DNA of 64,000 nt. It comes from Heptranchias perlo (Eukaryota). The notes under the pieces were generated by a model that did no database searches, was not told the DNA's origin, and saw only the letters and a program-made list of their open reading frames with translations. The position numbers were made by a program, and so were the translations under genes. The stretch spans positions 13,206,001 to 13,270,000 of the forward strand of contig NC_090345.1 of assembly GCF_035084215.1 (NCBI RefSeq). The letters are read 5' to 3'. Shown piece by piece: positions 1 through 11,699 of this stretch (positions within the stretch are counted from its first letter, which is position 1; each line of letters begins with the position of its first letter).

Positions 1-329
1 ATTTAAATGCTGCCGGTTAACTGGTTTGGCGTGCGTGGGGTGGCCTGGGAGCTACCCACTGGCATCAAAGCAAGGCTGCCAGCAGCACAGTAAGTATCAG
101 TTCGGGACTGGTAACCTGCTGACTTTTGAAATTCTAAAGAAAAATAAATTAAAAACAACGTGAATCATTTGCTCCTGGCTAAGCTTGACTGCTTCTGTTC
201 CGACAGATGTGTTCAATTTACAATTGAATCACCTTCACGGTAAATTGAAGGATTCATACCATGATTACAACTGGTGGGCTAGACACACCAGAGTAACATG
301 GGGAGTTTACTGATAAAAAGCGATAAACA

Positions 330-779
330 GCTTGTGGTTATATAGTACCTTTCACATCGTCAGTACGTCCCAAAGTGTTTCACAGCCAATGAATCACTTT
401 TGAAGTGTAGTCACTGTTGTAATGTAGGTAAATGTGGCAGCCAATTTGCGCACAGCAAGGTCCCACAAACACCAATGAGGTAAATGACCATTTAATTTGT
501 TTTGGTGGTGCAGGTTGAGGGATAAATGTTGGCCACGACACTGGGAGAACTCCTTTGCTTGCCTTAGAATAGTTCCATGGGATCTTTAATGTCCACCTGA
601 ACAGGCAGACAGGACCTCAGTTTAACCCCTCATGCAAAAGACAGCTAACACTTCCAACATTCCCTCAGTACTGCACTGAAATGTCAGCCGAAGTTAACAT
701 GCTCAAGTGCTGGAGTGGGATATAAACCCATGACCTACTGACTCAAAAGCAAGAGAGCTACAACTGAGCCAAACTGATG
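330..779 (-). mobile_element. DeuSINE (SacSINE1/AmnSINE1-like) SINE, near full length, diverged
   Basis: Reverse complement aligns along its length with the copy at 26156-26606: tRNA-like head, Deu core (CAGTGCAGTACTGAGGGA...AAGATCCCATGG) and L2-like tail. Confidence 0.85.
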
Positions 780-1980
780 CTACTGTTGCTGCTAAATGGG
801 CTGTTTGCATTTCCTAAGCAACAGGACATGATAGCAACTGGTGCAGTTCTACACAATTGCCTCAGAATCCAATAAATCTAGAGATTTGATGAAAAACATT
901 TTAAGAACGCATTTCATCTTTTAAAGCTACAAAATATATATGTCAACACTTTTCAAAAGATGACTTAATTGATTCACAGCTGTGAGTGGTAGAGTTAAAC
1001 AAGTTTACAATTTGGACACAAATCTTTTCCCCCCTTGAGGCCTTGGAACTGTGCAGATAATTTTTGTTTCTCTATCTGTCTAATCAACATCTTAAAAAAA
1101 CCTCCCACAGAAATAAAAATGAGATTTGCATTACCGTCTCAAATGTGCGATACAATTAGAATATGATATGATGGGTCAGCATTGAGGCACGATCAATCTT
1201 CCTCACTGAAGATCGTAACTCACTTGTGAATTTTGCCTACGCAAGTTATTTGGAGTGCTTCACTTACGGTGATTCCATCAAGTCCCACTGCTAGCTGCGA
1301 CACACCCTATCTATGTCAGAGCGAAATAACGTTTTATTCGCCCGTGAACCAGTTACTTGTCGGACATTTGTTTCTGTTTTTCACCAGTAATGAGTTTAAT
1401 AAAGAGTGCTTCGAAGGGGACGACCTCGCACAGATGGAATAGTCTTCTGCTTCATAGGCTTTCCGGGAGCCGTTGCGGTCTCACGCAGGGCTTTCGAAAT
1501 TCAAAGTGACACATAAGTGCTGACCCGTGTGTGATGGAGAAGCCAGTGTCACTGAGGAATGTTTTAGCGCCTCAGGGAATTGAACAGCACCACAATACCA
1601 GCACGGAAAAAGGCGAGAAGGCACCGCCTGAAATTTACGATGTACATGTGACCGTTCAGCTAGTCTCATTAAGGCAGCATTTTGCCATGAAATTTAAACC
1701 AGAGCCTCTGGATGGAAAGTGGAAATTTAAGCAGCAACAACTGTTTTTTTTTCCCCTTTTTGACTACCATAGCTTATATTTGCATTTGTTATATCAGTAA
1801 CAGTCCTTTCTCTCTACAGGGCTCTGTTTTATCCATTGAAAAGTAATTCCACAAACAAAAGTAACAGTTAGTGTGTGCCTCCCCACCCCCTCTATTCCCA
1901 TACTGTTTGCCAGGTCCAGTTGTGAACTTGTTTCTGGGTTATTCCAAGATTAATGAAAAGGCCTAAATTTACAAAAGATT

Positions 1981-2093
1981 GCGTTTCGCTACGTTACAAC
2001 GGTTACTACACTTCAAAAGTACTTCATCGGCTGTAAAGTGCGTTGGGAATGTCCTTAGGTCATGAAAGGCGCTATATAAATGCGAGTTCTTTC
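1981..2093 (+). mobile_element. DeuSINE 3' tail fragment
   Basis: TTACAAC..CTACACTTCAAAAGTACTTCAT..GAAAGGCGCTATATAAATGC, matching the tail of 26156-26606. Confidence 0.8.
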
Positions 2094-2502
2094 TCTCTTC
2101 CTATTTTAAAATCACACTATAAAGCAGCACCCAGCACTTAAAGTCCTTGCCAATGAATGCCTTGCACAGTGTCTCTGACTGGAGCAGACTACTTCAAACT
2201 GGTTGGCTAATTGAAACATTGTCAGATGCCGATTGTTACCTACTTAGACTGATATGAAACACACTTCCCCAAGTAAAGGAGATCTATAAATACTAATCAT
2301 GTCATTTTTCTTGCTCGTAAGCAACAAAACTGATGAGCCAGGTATTTTAAACTGTGCGATAACAACAGCATCAGCTGTGTGAAAGAATTTGCATATTTTC
2401 AGCTGATAATTTACATTTTAACAATGAAACAAAAGTTGTGCACAGTTATAGTTTTAAGCAATATTTTCAACTTTAACCTCCAGATTTGGCTTTTCCAATG
2501 CT

Positions 2503-2565
2503 CTCCTCACCTCCATAAACTTGAGCTCATCCAAAACTCTGCTGCCTGTATCCTAACTCGCACCA
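2503..2565 (+). mobile_element. L2 LINE ORF2 fragment
   Basis: Encodes LHKLELIQNSAACILTRT, resembling the L2 LQLIQNAAARxLT motif. Confidence 0.6.
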
Positions 2566-2624
2566 CAATTTAGGAAGGATGTCAAGGCCTTGGTGAGGGT
2601 GCAGAGGAGATTTACTAGAATGAT

Positions 2625-3022
2625 TACACATAGAACGTACAGCACTGAAACAGGCCATTCAGCCCAGGTCTATGCCGGTGTTTATGCTTCACACGAGCCT
2701 CCTCCCTTCTTCATCTAACCCTACCAGCATATCCTTCTATTCCTTTCTCCTTCATGTGTTTATCTAGCTTCCCCTTAAATGCATCCATGCTAGTTGCCTC
2801 AACTACTCCATGTGGTAGCGAGTTCCACATTCTAACCACTCTCTGGGTCAAGAAGTTTCTTCTGAAACCTCTATTGGATTTATTAGTGACTATCTCATAT
2901 TTATGGTCCCTAGTTCTGGTCTCCTCTGCAAGTGGAAACATCTTCTCTACATCTACCCTATCAAACCCTTTCATAATCTTAAAGACCTCTATCAGGTCAC
3001 CCCTCAGTCTTCTCTTTTCTAG
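2625..3022 (-). mobile_element. CR1 LINE 3' fragment
   Basis: ORF 2711-2974 encodes the CR1 ORF2 C-terminus (RRNFLTQRVVRMWNSLP..FKGKLDKHM) followed by the CR1 3' UTR. Confidence 0.9.
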
Positions 3023-3024
3023 AT

Positions 3025-4788
3025 TAGATTAAAAGATATGCGTTAGATAAGCAATGGCGAACATTTAAAGAAATAATTCATAATTCTGAACGAATATACA
3101 TTTCCCTGAGGAATAAAAATGCCACAGGAAAAGTGATACAACTGTGGCTAACCAGAGAAGTTAAGGATAGCATTAGATTAAAAGAAGATGCTTACAATGT
3201 TGCCAAAAAGAGTAGTAAGCCTGAGGATTGGGAGGGTTTTAGAAATCAGTAAAGGATGACCAAGAAATTGATAAAGAGGGAGAAAATTGAATATGAGAAG
3301 AAACTAGCAAGAAATATGAAAACAGATTGTAAAAGCTTCTACAAGGATGTAAAAAGGAAGAGATTAGAGAAAGTAAACGTGGGTCCCTTAGAGGCAGAGA
3401 CAGGAGAAATTATATTGGAGAATAAGGAAACAGCAGAGACGTTAAACAAATATTTTGTATCTGTCTTCACAGTTGAAAACACAAAAAAATACTGAAATAG
3501 TGAGGAACCAAGTATCAAGTGAGAGTGAGAAACTTAAAGTAATTAAGATTAGTAAACAAAAAGTAATGGAGAAATTAATGGGACTAAAAACTGACAAATC
3601 CCCTGGACCTGATGACCTACATCCTAGGGTTTGAAACGAGGTCGCTGCAGAGATAGTGGCTGCATTGTTTGTGATCTTCCAGAATTCCCTAGATTCTAGA
3701 ATGGTCTCCATGGATTGGATGGTAGCAAATGTAACCCCACTATTCAAGAAAGGATGGAGAGAGAAAACAGGGAACTATAGGCCAGTTAGCCTGACATCAA
3801 TAGTAGGGAAAATGCAAGAATCTATTATTAAGGATGTAGTTACAGGGCTCTTAGAAAATCATAATATGATTAGGCAGAGTCAACATGGTTTTATGGAAGG
3901 GAAATCGTGTTTGACAAATCTATTAGGGTTTTTTGAGGGTGTAACTAGCAGGGTAGATAAGGGAGAATCAATGAATGCAGTATATTTGGATTTTCAAAAG
4001 GCATTCGATAAGGTGCCACACAAGAGGTTATTTCAGAAGATTAGGGCTCATGGGATTGGGGGTAATATACTACCATGGATTGAGGATTGGTTAATGGACA
4101 GAAAACAGAGAATGGGAATAAATGGATCATTTTTGGGTTGGCAGGTTGTAACTAGTGGGGTGCTGCAAGGATCAGTGCTAGGACCTCAGCTGTTTACAAT
4201 ATATATCAATGACTTAGATGAGGGGACCGAGTGTAATGTATCCAAGTTTGCTGGGTGGGAAAGTAAGTTGTGAGGAGGACGCAAAAAAGCTGCAAAAGGA
4301 TATAGACAGGTTAAGTGAGTGGGCAAGAAGGTGGCAGATGGAGTAGAATGTGGGGAAATGTGAGGTAGGAAGAATAGAAAAACAGAATATTATTTAAAAG
4401 GTGAAAGACTAAGAAATGTTGGTATTCAGAGGGATTTGAGTGTCCTTGTACACAAGTCACAGACAGTTAACATGCAGGTACAGCTAACAATTAGGAAGGC
4501 AAATGGTATGTTGGCCTTTATTGCAAGTGAGTTCGAGTATAAGAGTAAGGCGGTCTTTCTGCTATTATACAGGGCTCTGGTGAGACCACACCTGGAGAAC
4601 TGGTCTCCTTACCTAAGGAAGGATATACTTGCCTTAGAGGGGGTGCAACGAAGATTCACGAGATTGATTCCTGGGATGAGAGGGTTGTCCTATGAGGAGA
4701 GATTGAATAGAATGGGCCTATATTCTCTGGAGTTGAGAAGAATGAGAGGTGATCTCATTGAAACGTATAAAATTCTTAGAGGGCTTAA
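3025..4788 (+). mobile_element. CR1 LINE ORF2 (reverse transcriptase), 5'- and 3'-truncated, decayed
   Basis: Motifs [66 protein letters not shown] are spread across frameshifted ORFs. Confidence 0.95.
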
Positions 4789-5310
4789 CAAAATGGAGGA
4801 CCACCCCCCCACCCCCCCAACCCCCCCACCCCACCCCCCCCCCCACCTCACCAGTGCTATTTAAAGGGATCATGCAGGATTTACAGGTTAGTTGCTGGAT
4901 TATTGCTTCTGGCTGCTGATGCATTTGTACCTGCTTTTGGAGGTCTCCTATACTTGAATACTAGGATTAGGGGACATAGCCTAAAAATTAGAGCCAGGAC
5001 TTGTAGGAGTGAAGTTAGGAAATGCTTTCACACACAAAGGGTGGTAGAAGTTTGGAATTCTCTCCCACAAATGGCAGTTGATGCTAGCTCAATTGTTAAT
5101 TTTAAATCTGAGATTGATAGATTTTTGTTAACCAAAGTTATTAAGGGATATGGGGCTAAGGTGCGCAAATGGAGTTAGGTCACAGATCAGCCATAATCTC
5201 ATTGAATGGCAGAACAGGCTCGAGGGGCTGAATGGCCTACTGCTGATCCTATCTTCCTATAATAAAGTTTCAATACTCTACAGGGAGTGGATGTTGACCA
5301 ATTTAACCCC
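4785..5310 (+). mobile_element. Non-autonomous Harbinger derivative (5' region plus right terminus), interrupted by a CR1 3' end
   Basis: 4850-4960 and 5261-5296 match 19630-19770 of the Harbinger element. Ends in CCAATTTAACCCC, like the right terminus CCAATATAACCCCC at 23381-23394. Confidence 0.8.
4961..5260 (+). mobile_element. CR1 LINE 3' end inserted in the Harbinger derivative
   Basis: Encodes RGHSLKIRAR..FHTQRVVEVWNSLP, followed by the CR1 3' UTR. AATA is duplicated at 4957-4960 and 5261-5264. Confidence 0.9.
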
Positions 5311-5635
5311 TGATGTTTCCACTTGTGGGGGAATCCAAAACTAGAAGCCATAAATATAAAATAGTTACTAATAAATCTAATAAAGAATTCAGGAGAAACT
5401 TCTTTACCCAGAGAGTGGTGAGAATGTGGGACTTGCTACCATATGGAATAGTTGAGGTGAATAGAATAGATGCCTTTAAGGGAAAGCTAGATAAACACAT
5501 GAGGGGGAAAGGAATAGAAGGATTTGCAGATAGGGTGAGATGAAGTAAGGTGAGAAGATGCTCGTGTGGAGCATAAACACCGGCATAGACCTGTTGGGCC
5601 GAATGGCCTGTTTCTGTGCTGTAAATTCTAGGTAA
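5311..5635 (+). mobile_element. CR1 LINE 3' fragment
   Basis: ORF 5313-5543 encodes the CR1 C-terminus. The 3' UTR contains GGGCCGAATGGCCTGTTTCTGTGCTGTA. Confidence 0.9.
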
Positions 5636-6249
5636 TATTACCAAAAACGATTTTAATAGCATTTAAAAAAAAAAATGGAACAGCTTCACTGGATAAGGAC
5701 GGGTTCAGGCCTGGCTGTGAGGCCCCTTTCAGTTGAAGACTTGGCAATGCTCACTGTCGCTCATGAATAATGAGAAGCAGGGCCAGGTAGTGGATGGTGA
5801 ATTGTGAAGTCCCATTCCTGCCAGATACCAACAGATTGAGGGGAGGAGCTGAGGGGAGAAAATTAATCGGGGGAGAAAAAAGAAATTTTTTATTGCGATT
5901 CTAGTGGAAACGCTGACTAACATCCAGAAACTGGTCAGTGTACGATCTTTATATCTGGAGATTAACTCATCGGTTTAAAAAAAGACCTGAGTACAGACCG
6001 GCCACTGAGGCTCCGAAGGAAGCAGGTCTCCCAGGACTCTGCACACTACAGTTTACCCAAACTACTACTTTACATGCAATTTCTTTACTGATAAGATCCA
6101 ACACCTACTAAAGAGGCAATGCTGCCCTGTGTTCTGTTAACGAAAACAGCAAATCATGTCTGGACATAATTAGGCCAGCTTCCATGTTCTACGTACAGGC
6201 GTCTGTGAGTCTGAAGCTGCTGTTTGATTATTGCTGTGTCAGAATTGTG

Positions 6250-6460
6250 TCACAAGTTGATAAGGTTGCTTAAAAAAAGCACATGGGATCCTTGGCTTTA
6301 TAAATAGAGGCATAGAGTACAAAAGCAAGGAAGTTATGCTAAACCGTTATAAATCACTGGTTAGGCATCAGCTGGAGTATTGTGTCCAATTCTGGGCACC
6401 GCACTTTAGGGATGATGTCAAGGTCTTGGAGAGGGTGCAGAGGAGATTTACCAGAACTGA
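6250..6460 (+). mobile_element. CR1 LINE ORF2 fragment
   Basis: Encodes YKSLVRHQLEYCVQFWAPH..LERVQRRFTR. Confidence 0.85.
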
Positions 6461-6576
6461 TACTAAAATTGGCAAACTTACTCAAAGAAGTCACAGGGTG
6501 GGTGATGTAGGAGATGGAAAAATGCCACACGGGTGTAGGAAGGGAGTGCTTTTCAGAGGTTGGGGCTGAGGCACAT

Positions 6577-6825
6577 GGGGGGTGATTTTAAACCCCAAGA
6601 ACGGGTGGGTTGGGGGCGGGTGGGAGTTGAAAACAGTTGCTTTTTCGGGTCGCAACCACAAAATCTTCGGACTTTGCATTCCCTGTGGGAAGCCTGTACT
6701 TTCCCGCGCCGACGTTAAACCTGGAAATAAAGCAGGGTTGCGGTCGTGACCCAAAAAAACCTACTGTTTTCAACTCCCACCCGCCCCCCCCAACCCACCC
6801 GATCTTGGGGTTTAAAATCACCCCC
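6577..6825. mobile_element. MITE (Harbinger/Tourist-like) with long terminal inverted repeats
   Basis: GGGGTGATTTTAAACCCCAAGA...TCTTGGGGTTTAAAATCACCCC, with imperfect arms of about 80 bp. CAT occurs at both ends (3-bp TSD candidate). Confidence 0.85.
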
Positions 6826-8189
6826 ATTGTTGGGGCAGAGTAGAGGGAGTTGTAGCCAGCACTGATATCCCTCAATGTGATGAACACAAAATTCACACAG
6901 GAAAAAGTTATAGGAGACTTGAGTTTTAAAAGCCTGCAGATTGTCAGAGGAAGGGAAGACTGAGAGTGTTAAGAGTTAACACAGTCTTGAGAACCTTCAT
7001 AGAATGAGCTAGAACAGGAAACTGTGCAGTGATTTCAGCACAGTGAGACTGCAGTGTGGATAAAGAGCCTGTAAAAGCACAAATTTTGAGCTTAGCAGGA
7101 ACAAGAGAGGAAAGTTCAGAGGACTAATGACTACAGGCAGTATTGATAAAATCGGGACAAGATGGGTTGCTATGGAAAGAGAGTAGGTGAAATTTGAGAG
7201 AAGGATCGACTATCTAATGACAGCCTTTTCTGCGAAGCCTTTCCAAGAAGGTGAGCAAAATGCTACAAGAGCCTCTCCAAATATGGCAGCAACATTCATA
7301 TCTTGAAGTCAAAGGAAGCCTGGAAGTGAATCAGTGGGAGCACTCATCGGAAAATGGATGGGCAGTCAGGGTGTGCAAATTCCCGATATACACTCTCATG
7401 CCAGGTGCACCGGAGTGAAAAATCTCCTCTATGATTTCAAGGCATGACCATGGATGAAAAATGACCGGCTGGGGTGCCCAGTTTCCCAATATGCCCTCTT
7501 GGTTGGGCGGAGCTTCTGCTGAGGGAGTGGAAAATGTCCCCATAAATTTCCCTCCCCTTTTCTAAATGAAAACAAATTTAGTCATTCTTCTAGGGTCAAT
7601 GATTTGGTACCATGCTTGCTCTTTGGATCCATTATGCTTTCCCAAGATGCAAAACTGTAGAACTCCCTTCTTCCCTTAGTCTTTCTTCCACCTAAGCTTG
7701 GTTTTAATGCAAGTTGTTGTTGGTGAGACCTAACCATCACTTCTTGCTTTGTTTTACCTTCTCTCCTTTGTGCTGTCCTGTCCAATGGGCCTTGGCCCTT
7801 CACCTAGGCTTCTCAATGAGAAAATAAAGGTCTATTGGCTTGCAACAGTCCAAATTCATTTCACAAAAAGACCCTAGTAGCCAGCACAGACAAAGAACTT
7901 CCATCCTATTAGTTTGCACTTGATTGAAGCCTGGATTCCAGGTATAGCGTGTTTACCCACACAACACTTGGAACAGGAATCCACTGCATACTTCTGGCCA
8001 ACCTCAGAGGTTGTATGATATAATATATTTGTTGTTCTATTAACCTATACATACTACTAAGCCTGGCAACAGGCCACTTTGGCAGTACCCTTATCTGGCC
8101 GAAACATGCACCGGAGATTATGTATTAGTCTATAAGTTTTGATCTTTACTTATTATACAACATAGGTTATTGGATATTTTTTTAAAAAA

Positions 8190-8313
8190 CAACAGTAAAT
8201 GTTGGAAATCTGAAATAAATGCTGGAAATGCAAAGCAGTATCTGAAACATGAACTTATCTTTCAGGTACGTGGCTGAGGTGCTGTATCATCGCAGCATTT
8301 TTTGTTTTTATTT
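8190..8313. mobile_element. Penelope-like terminal fold-back remnant
   Basis: GCTGGAAATG...CAGCATTTTTTGTTTTTATTT arms, same motif family as 8960-9150 and 61445-61640. Confidence 0.5.
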
Positions 8314-8338
8314 ACTATACAAGTTGGGTGGTTGTTTA

Positions 8339-8545
8339 TGTTATAAACTGGATAGCCAGGTGGTGAAGGATAGAATACTGGAGCTTGATCCTCAGTTGCT
8401 TCCAAGCCTTTATTCATAGTGATCAACACCACCCACACCCTAGATAAGCTCTCATATAAATGGACACAAGAGAGTCCTCAATTGATACGCACCACCTGAA
8501 TACAATTAACACTAATTGATATAAATTATATGGATACAATTAACA
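8339..8545 (-). mobile_element. Probable solo LTR (207 bp)
   Basis: TGTTA...TAACA termini, flanking 5-mers GTTTA/GTTTC, and AATAAA plus a TATA-like motif on the minus strand. Confidence 0.7.
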
Positions 8546-8584
8546 GTTTCATTTGCATTTGCCTTCAGGCTACCTGACACTCGT

Positions 8585-8805
8585 CAACAACAACTGGCAT
8601 TTATATAGTGCATTTAACATGGTAAAAATGTCCCAAGGTGCTTCACAGGAGCGTAATCAAACAAAAAGAATGACACCGAGCCAAAGAAGGAGACATTAGC
8701 TCAGGTGACCAAACATTTGGTCAAAGAAGTAAGTTTTAAACAGATTCTTTAAAGGAGGAGAGCGAGGTGGAGAGGCATAGGGGCTTGGGGAGGGAATTCC
8801 AGAGC
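8585..8805 (-). mobile_element. L2 LINE 3' end
   Basis: Colinear with the L2 copy at 50562-51040 and carries the L2-type tail CACTATATAAATGC. Confidence 0.8.
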
Positions 8806-8959
8806 ATTCACATACACAGATTTCATATGTTACTTGGGCCAGTTGGCCTAACTCCTATGGATTTATTGATAGGCCATCGGTTTTGGCAATATTCGGCTTG
8901 AAAATTTTTTTTTAGCAACCTCATTGGTTTTACATATAAGGTAACTTACTGTTACTTCA

Positions 8960-9150
8960 AATAAACAGATGGAAAAGCTGGAAATGCACAGCCTGTCAGT
9001 CAGTACCTGAAAGAGAGCAATAAAATTCTGACAGAGGGCCCATCCAAAAACATTTACCTAACTTTTCTCTTTCAGATGTTGCCTGTCCTGCTCTGTGTTT
9101 CCAACGTTTTCTGCTTTTATTTTGGAATTCCAGCATTTTTGGTTCTTTGC
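8960..9150 (+). mobile_element. Penelope-like fold-back remnant with decayed hammerhead-like core
   Basis: Inverted arms GCTGGAAATGCACAG / CTGTGTTTCCAAC with central CTGACAGA-GGGCCCATCC-AAAA. Confidence 0.55.
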
Positions 9151-11302
9151 TTAAAAGGCAGTGACATTGTGAGGCAGAGGGGAGCCTTCCTAGATGGAGC
9201 GCAGGTTGGAGATGGGGCCGTATCGCTATGGGGGCCGATTTTAAGACCCTCTCATCTAACGAGGCTGTACATCGGGAGAAGAAGCTCGCAGAATTACACT
9301 TCAAATCTCTACTTGCTCTAATTTAGTTTACCTCAGTGGACCTTCACCAAAAGGTCAAAATGTTTCCGTGTGTAATCTCCATTTCAATTCAGCTAACAAA
9401 GTAGCAGTTATTAATAGCAACGGTGAGGGGTGCCATTAAAATGGTTTGGGGTTTTTTGAGTTTCTAACCACTTACCAGAAGTATCTGCTTATGAGGAATC
9501 CAGTTGCGTGAAAGCAATAGACTGGAGATATCTGAAGAGGACTGCATGCAGGGCGAGCTGGTGGCAGGGTTCTGATTATCAGAGCTGACAGACTAACATA
9601 AGCCAGGATGTGATAACCTAACTTAGATCTTAGGCAGAACATCCAGCTTTCTAATCACAAGATTTCTCTTTAAATGAGGATCTAAATTCTTGAGCTGCTC
9701 GTATCTACTGTTGCCTACAGGGCACTCATTAGAACAGGGCCTGGAATTTATGACTACAGTCTGTAAATAGCAAATTAGTTAATGATTTTTTTAGGAACTG
9801 AATCATGCCAACATGACTGCCTGGCAATGTGATGTGAACTTCAGATTTGTGGGCAGGACAAATAGAACCCCTGAGTGCTGTTGTACATCTAATGAAGTCA
9901 CAGTGCTATCTCCCATAAAGACTGATACACTTGTCCCCAGGCAAGTGTGACTATGAGTGAGATAAACTGATGGGTGTCCAATATTTTATCAATCTAGAGA
10001 GCATCTGGGATTTCAAGATCTAAAAGCAAGATACATTTTGAATGTTGGCAAAGAGCTTACAGAACAAATGGTTCTTTGCTAGCCTTGAGGAGTTAAGAGA
10101 AAAAATATAGTTTCAATAGTTTTCTCAAGGGATCCAACATACTGCAGCCAATGAGAAGCCAAAGTGATGTTGGAATATCTATTTGAGGTGATTTTATCCA
10201 GCTCGGAAAAATTTGATGCAGTGTCAGACTTTACTTATATTGTAGTTTTTACAGTGATGTGACCTGAGCTGCTGTAGAATCAGAACATTAAGAGTAACTA
10301 CTTCATACTTTGATTTATTAGTGGAAATGGAATGGATTGCCACCAGTTGTAGTGAATGTGAATTTGCCAGCATAGCTGAGATAGTCTTCTTGGATATCTA
10401 GGTCAGTTTTTTGAGAGAAGTTTCATTGTTTTTGGTTTCAAATTGGTTGTGCATAGCCTTGTATCCAAAGAACTGCATTTATAACAACTCTGGGCTGCCA
10501 TCTGGCACAGGCATGATGGCCTGAATGGCCTCCTTCTGTGCTGTATCATTCCATGATTCTGATGGCACAGTTAAGGTGGGGTACTTGCCACTTGAGGAAT
10601 CATAGCTGAGAATGTACACCCTCCCACTCTACTGTGCCCTATTAAGTATGATGCTTGTTCCACAAGAAATGGAAACCTGTGGAGCTCACTTAGTCACTGG
10701 TGAGCCATATGATCTTTAATGTGGAAGAAAGCTAACATTTGACAAACTATGTCCCCAGTGTTCTCTAACTCCCGTAGAGATGGGACTTGAAGTGCTTGAG
10801 TTATTGTGAATAAAATGAAAATCCTTAGGCTGACATGGGTACCAACGGCACCTGCTAATCATTGCCCTATCTGACAAGGGAAGTGATAAATCAAACATCA
10901 GGAGCCTACACAACCGTGATAATGTGCACACATTGTGAAATATGATAATCATCACGTCTCTGAAGAAAATGTCTCTTAGCTGCCAGAAATGAACGCTGTC
11001 ATCAAGTAGAGATGTTTCTGTACATGTTCCAGTTCAAAAGTTTTTTTTCCATTGTTTTAATAATAATAGCAAATAGATGAAGGCAGACTGAAGATGCAAA
11101 TTCTAAAATCATAGGCCTATCCATACATTGAAAGCTTGGCCCATCTATAGAATATTTCCTCAGGGTAGCAGAAAAGACTGGAAGTTTGTTGTCCTGTTGA
11201 GATAGTAAATTAGTTTCCCAATACAGCTGGCTTTATAAAAGTGAGGAACTTTGTCAAACCAATAAAAGATATTTTTCTCCAGGAAGAGTAAATAAGCATC
11301 CC

Positions 11303-11525
11303 TCTTGTCTCAGCTGATAGTCCTCTCATTTTTGAGTCAGGAAATTGTGAGATTTAAGAACATAATCCAGGCTGAGATTCCAGTGCAGTACTGAGGTAGT
11401 GCTGCATCATCACAGCTGGCTGTTCTTCAAATGAGAGGTTAAACCGAGACCCCGTTTGCCTGTTCCAGTGGTTCAGAAGGACAATAGTGATCCCAAGGCA
11501 TTATTCAAAAAAGAGGAGGGAGTTT
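11303..11525 (+). mobile_element. DeuSINE 5'/core fragment
   Basis: GAGTCAG..CAGTGCAGTACTGAGGTAGTGCTGCA..GTTAAACCGAG core motifs. Confidence 0.75.
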
Positions 11526-11699
11526 ATGCCTGTGTACCTGGAATGAGGAAAAGCCCCATCCTTTGGTTGATTTCATGAGCTATTCTCCACCCCTCCCCTC
11601 CCCCTCCACCACTTCTTGGGATAGGGGGAGAAAAAAAGAGACCTGTAGCCAATTCAAGAGTCTTCTGTCAAAAAGTCATCTTTGACCCTTTATTTAGAT

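Noticed and set aside
6860-7330. Purine-rich stretch resembling a decayed retroelement gag/ORF1
   Set aside because: No identifiable motif or open frame to support a call.
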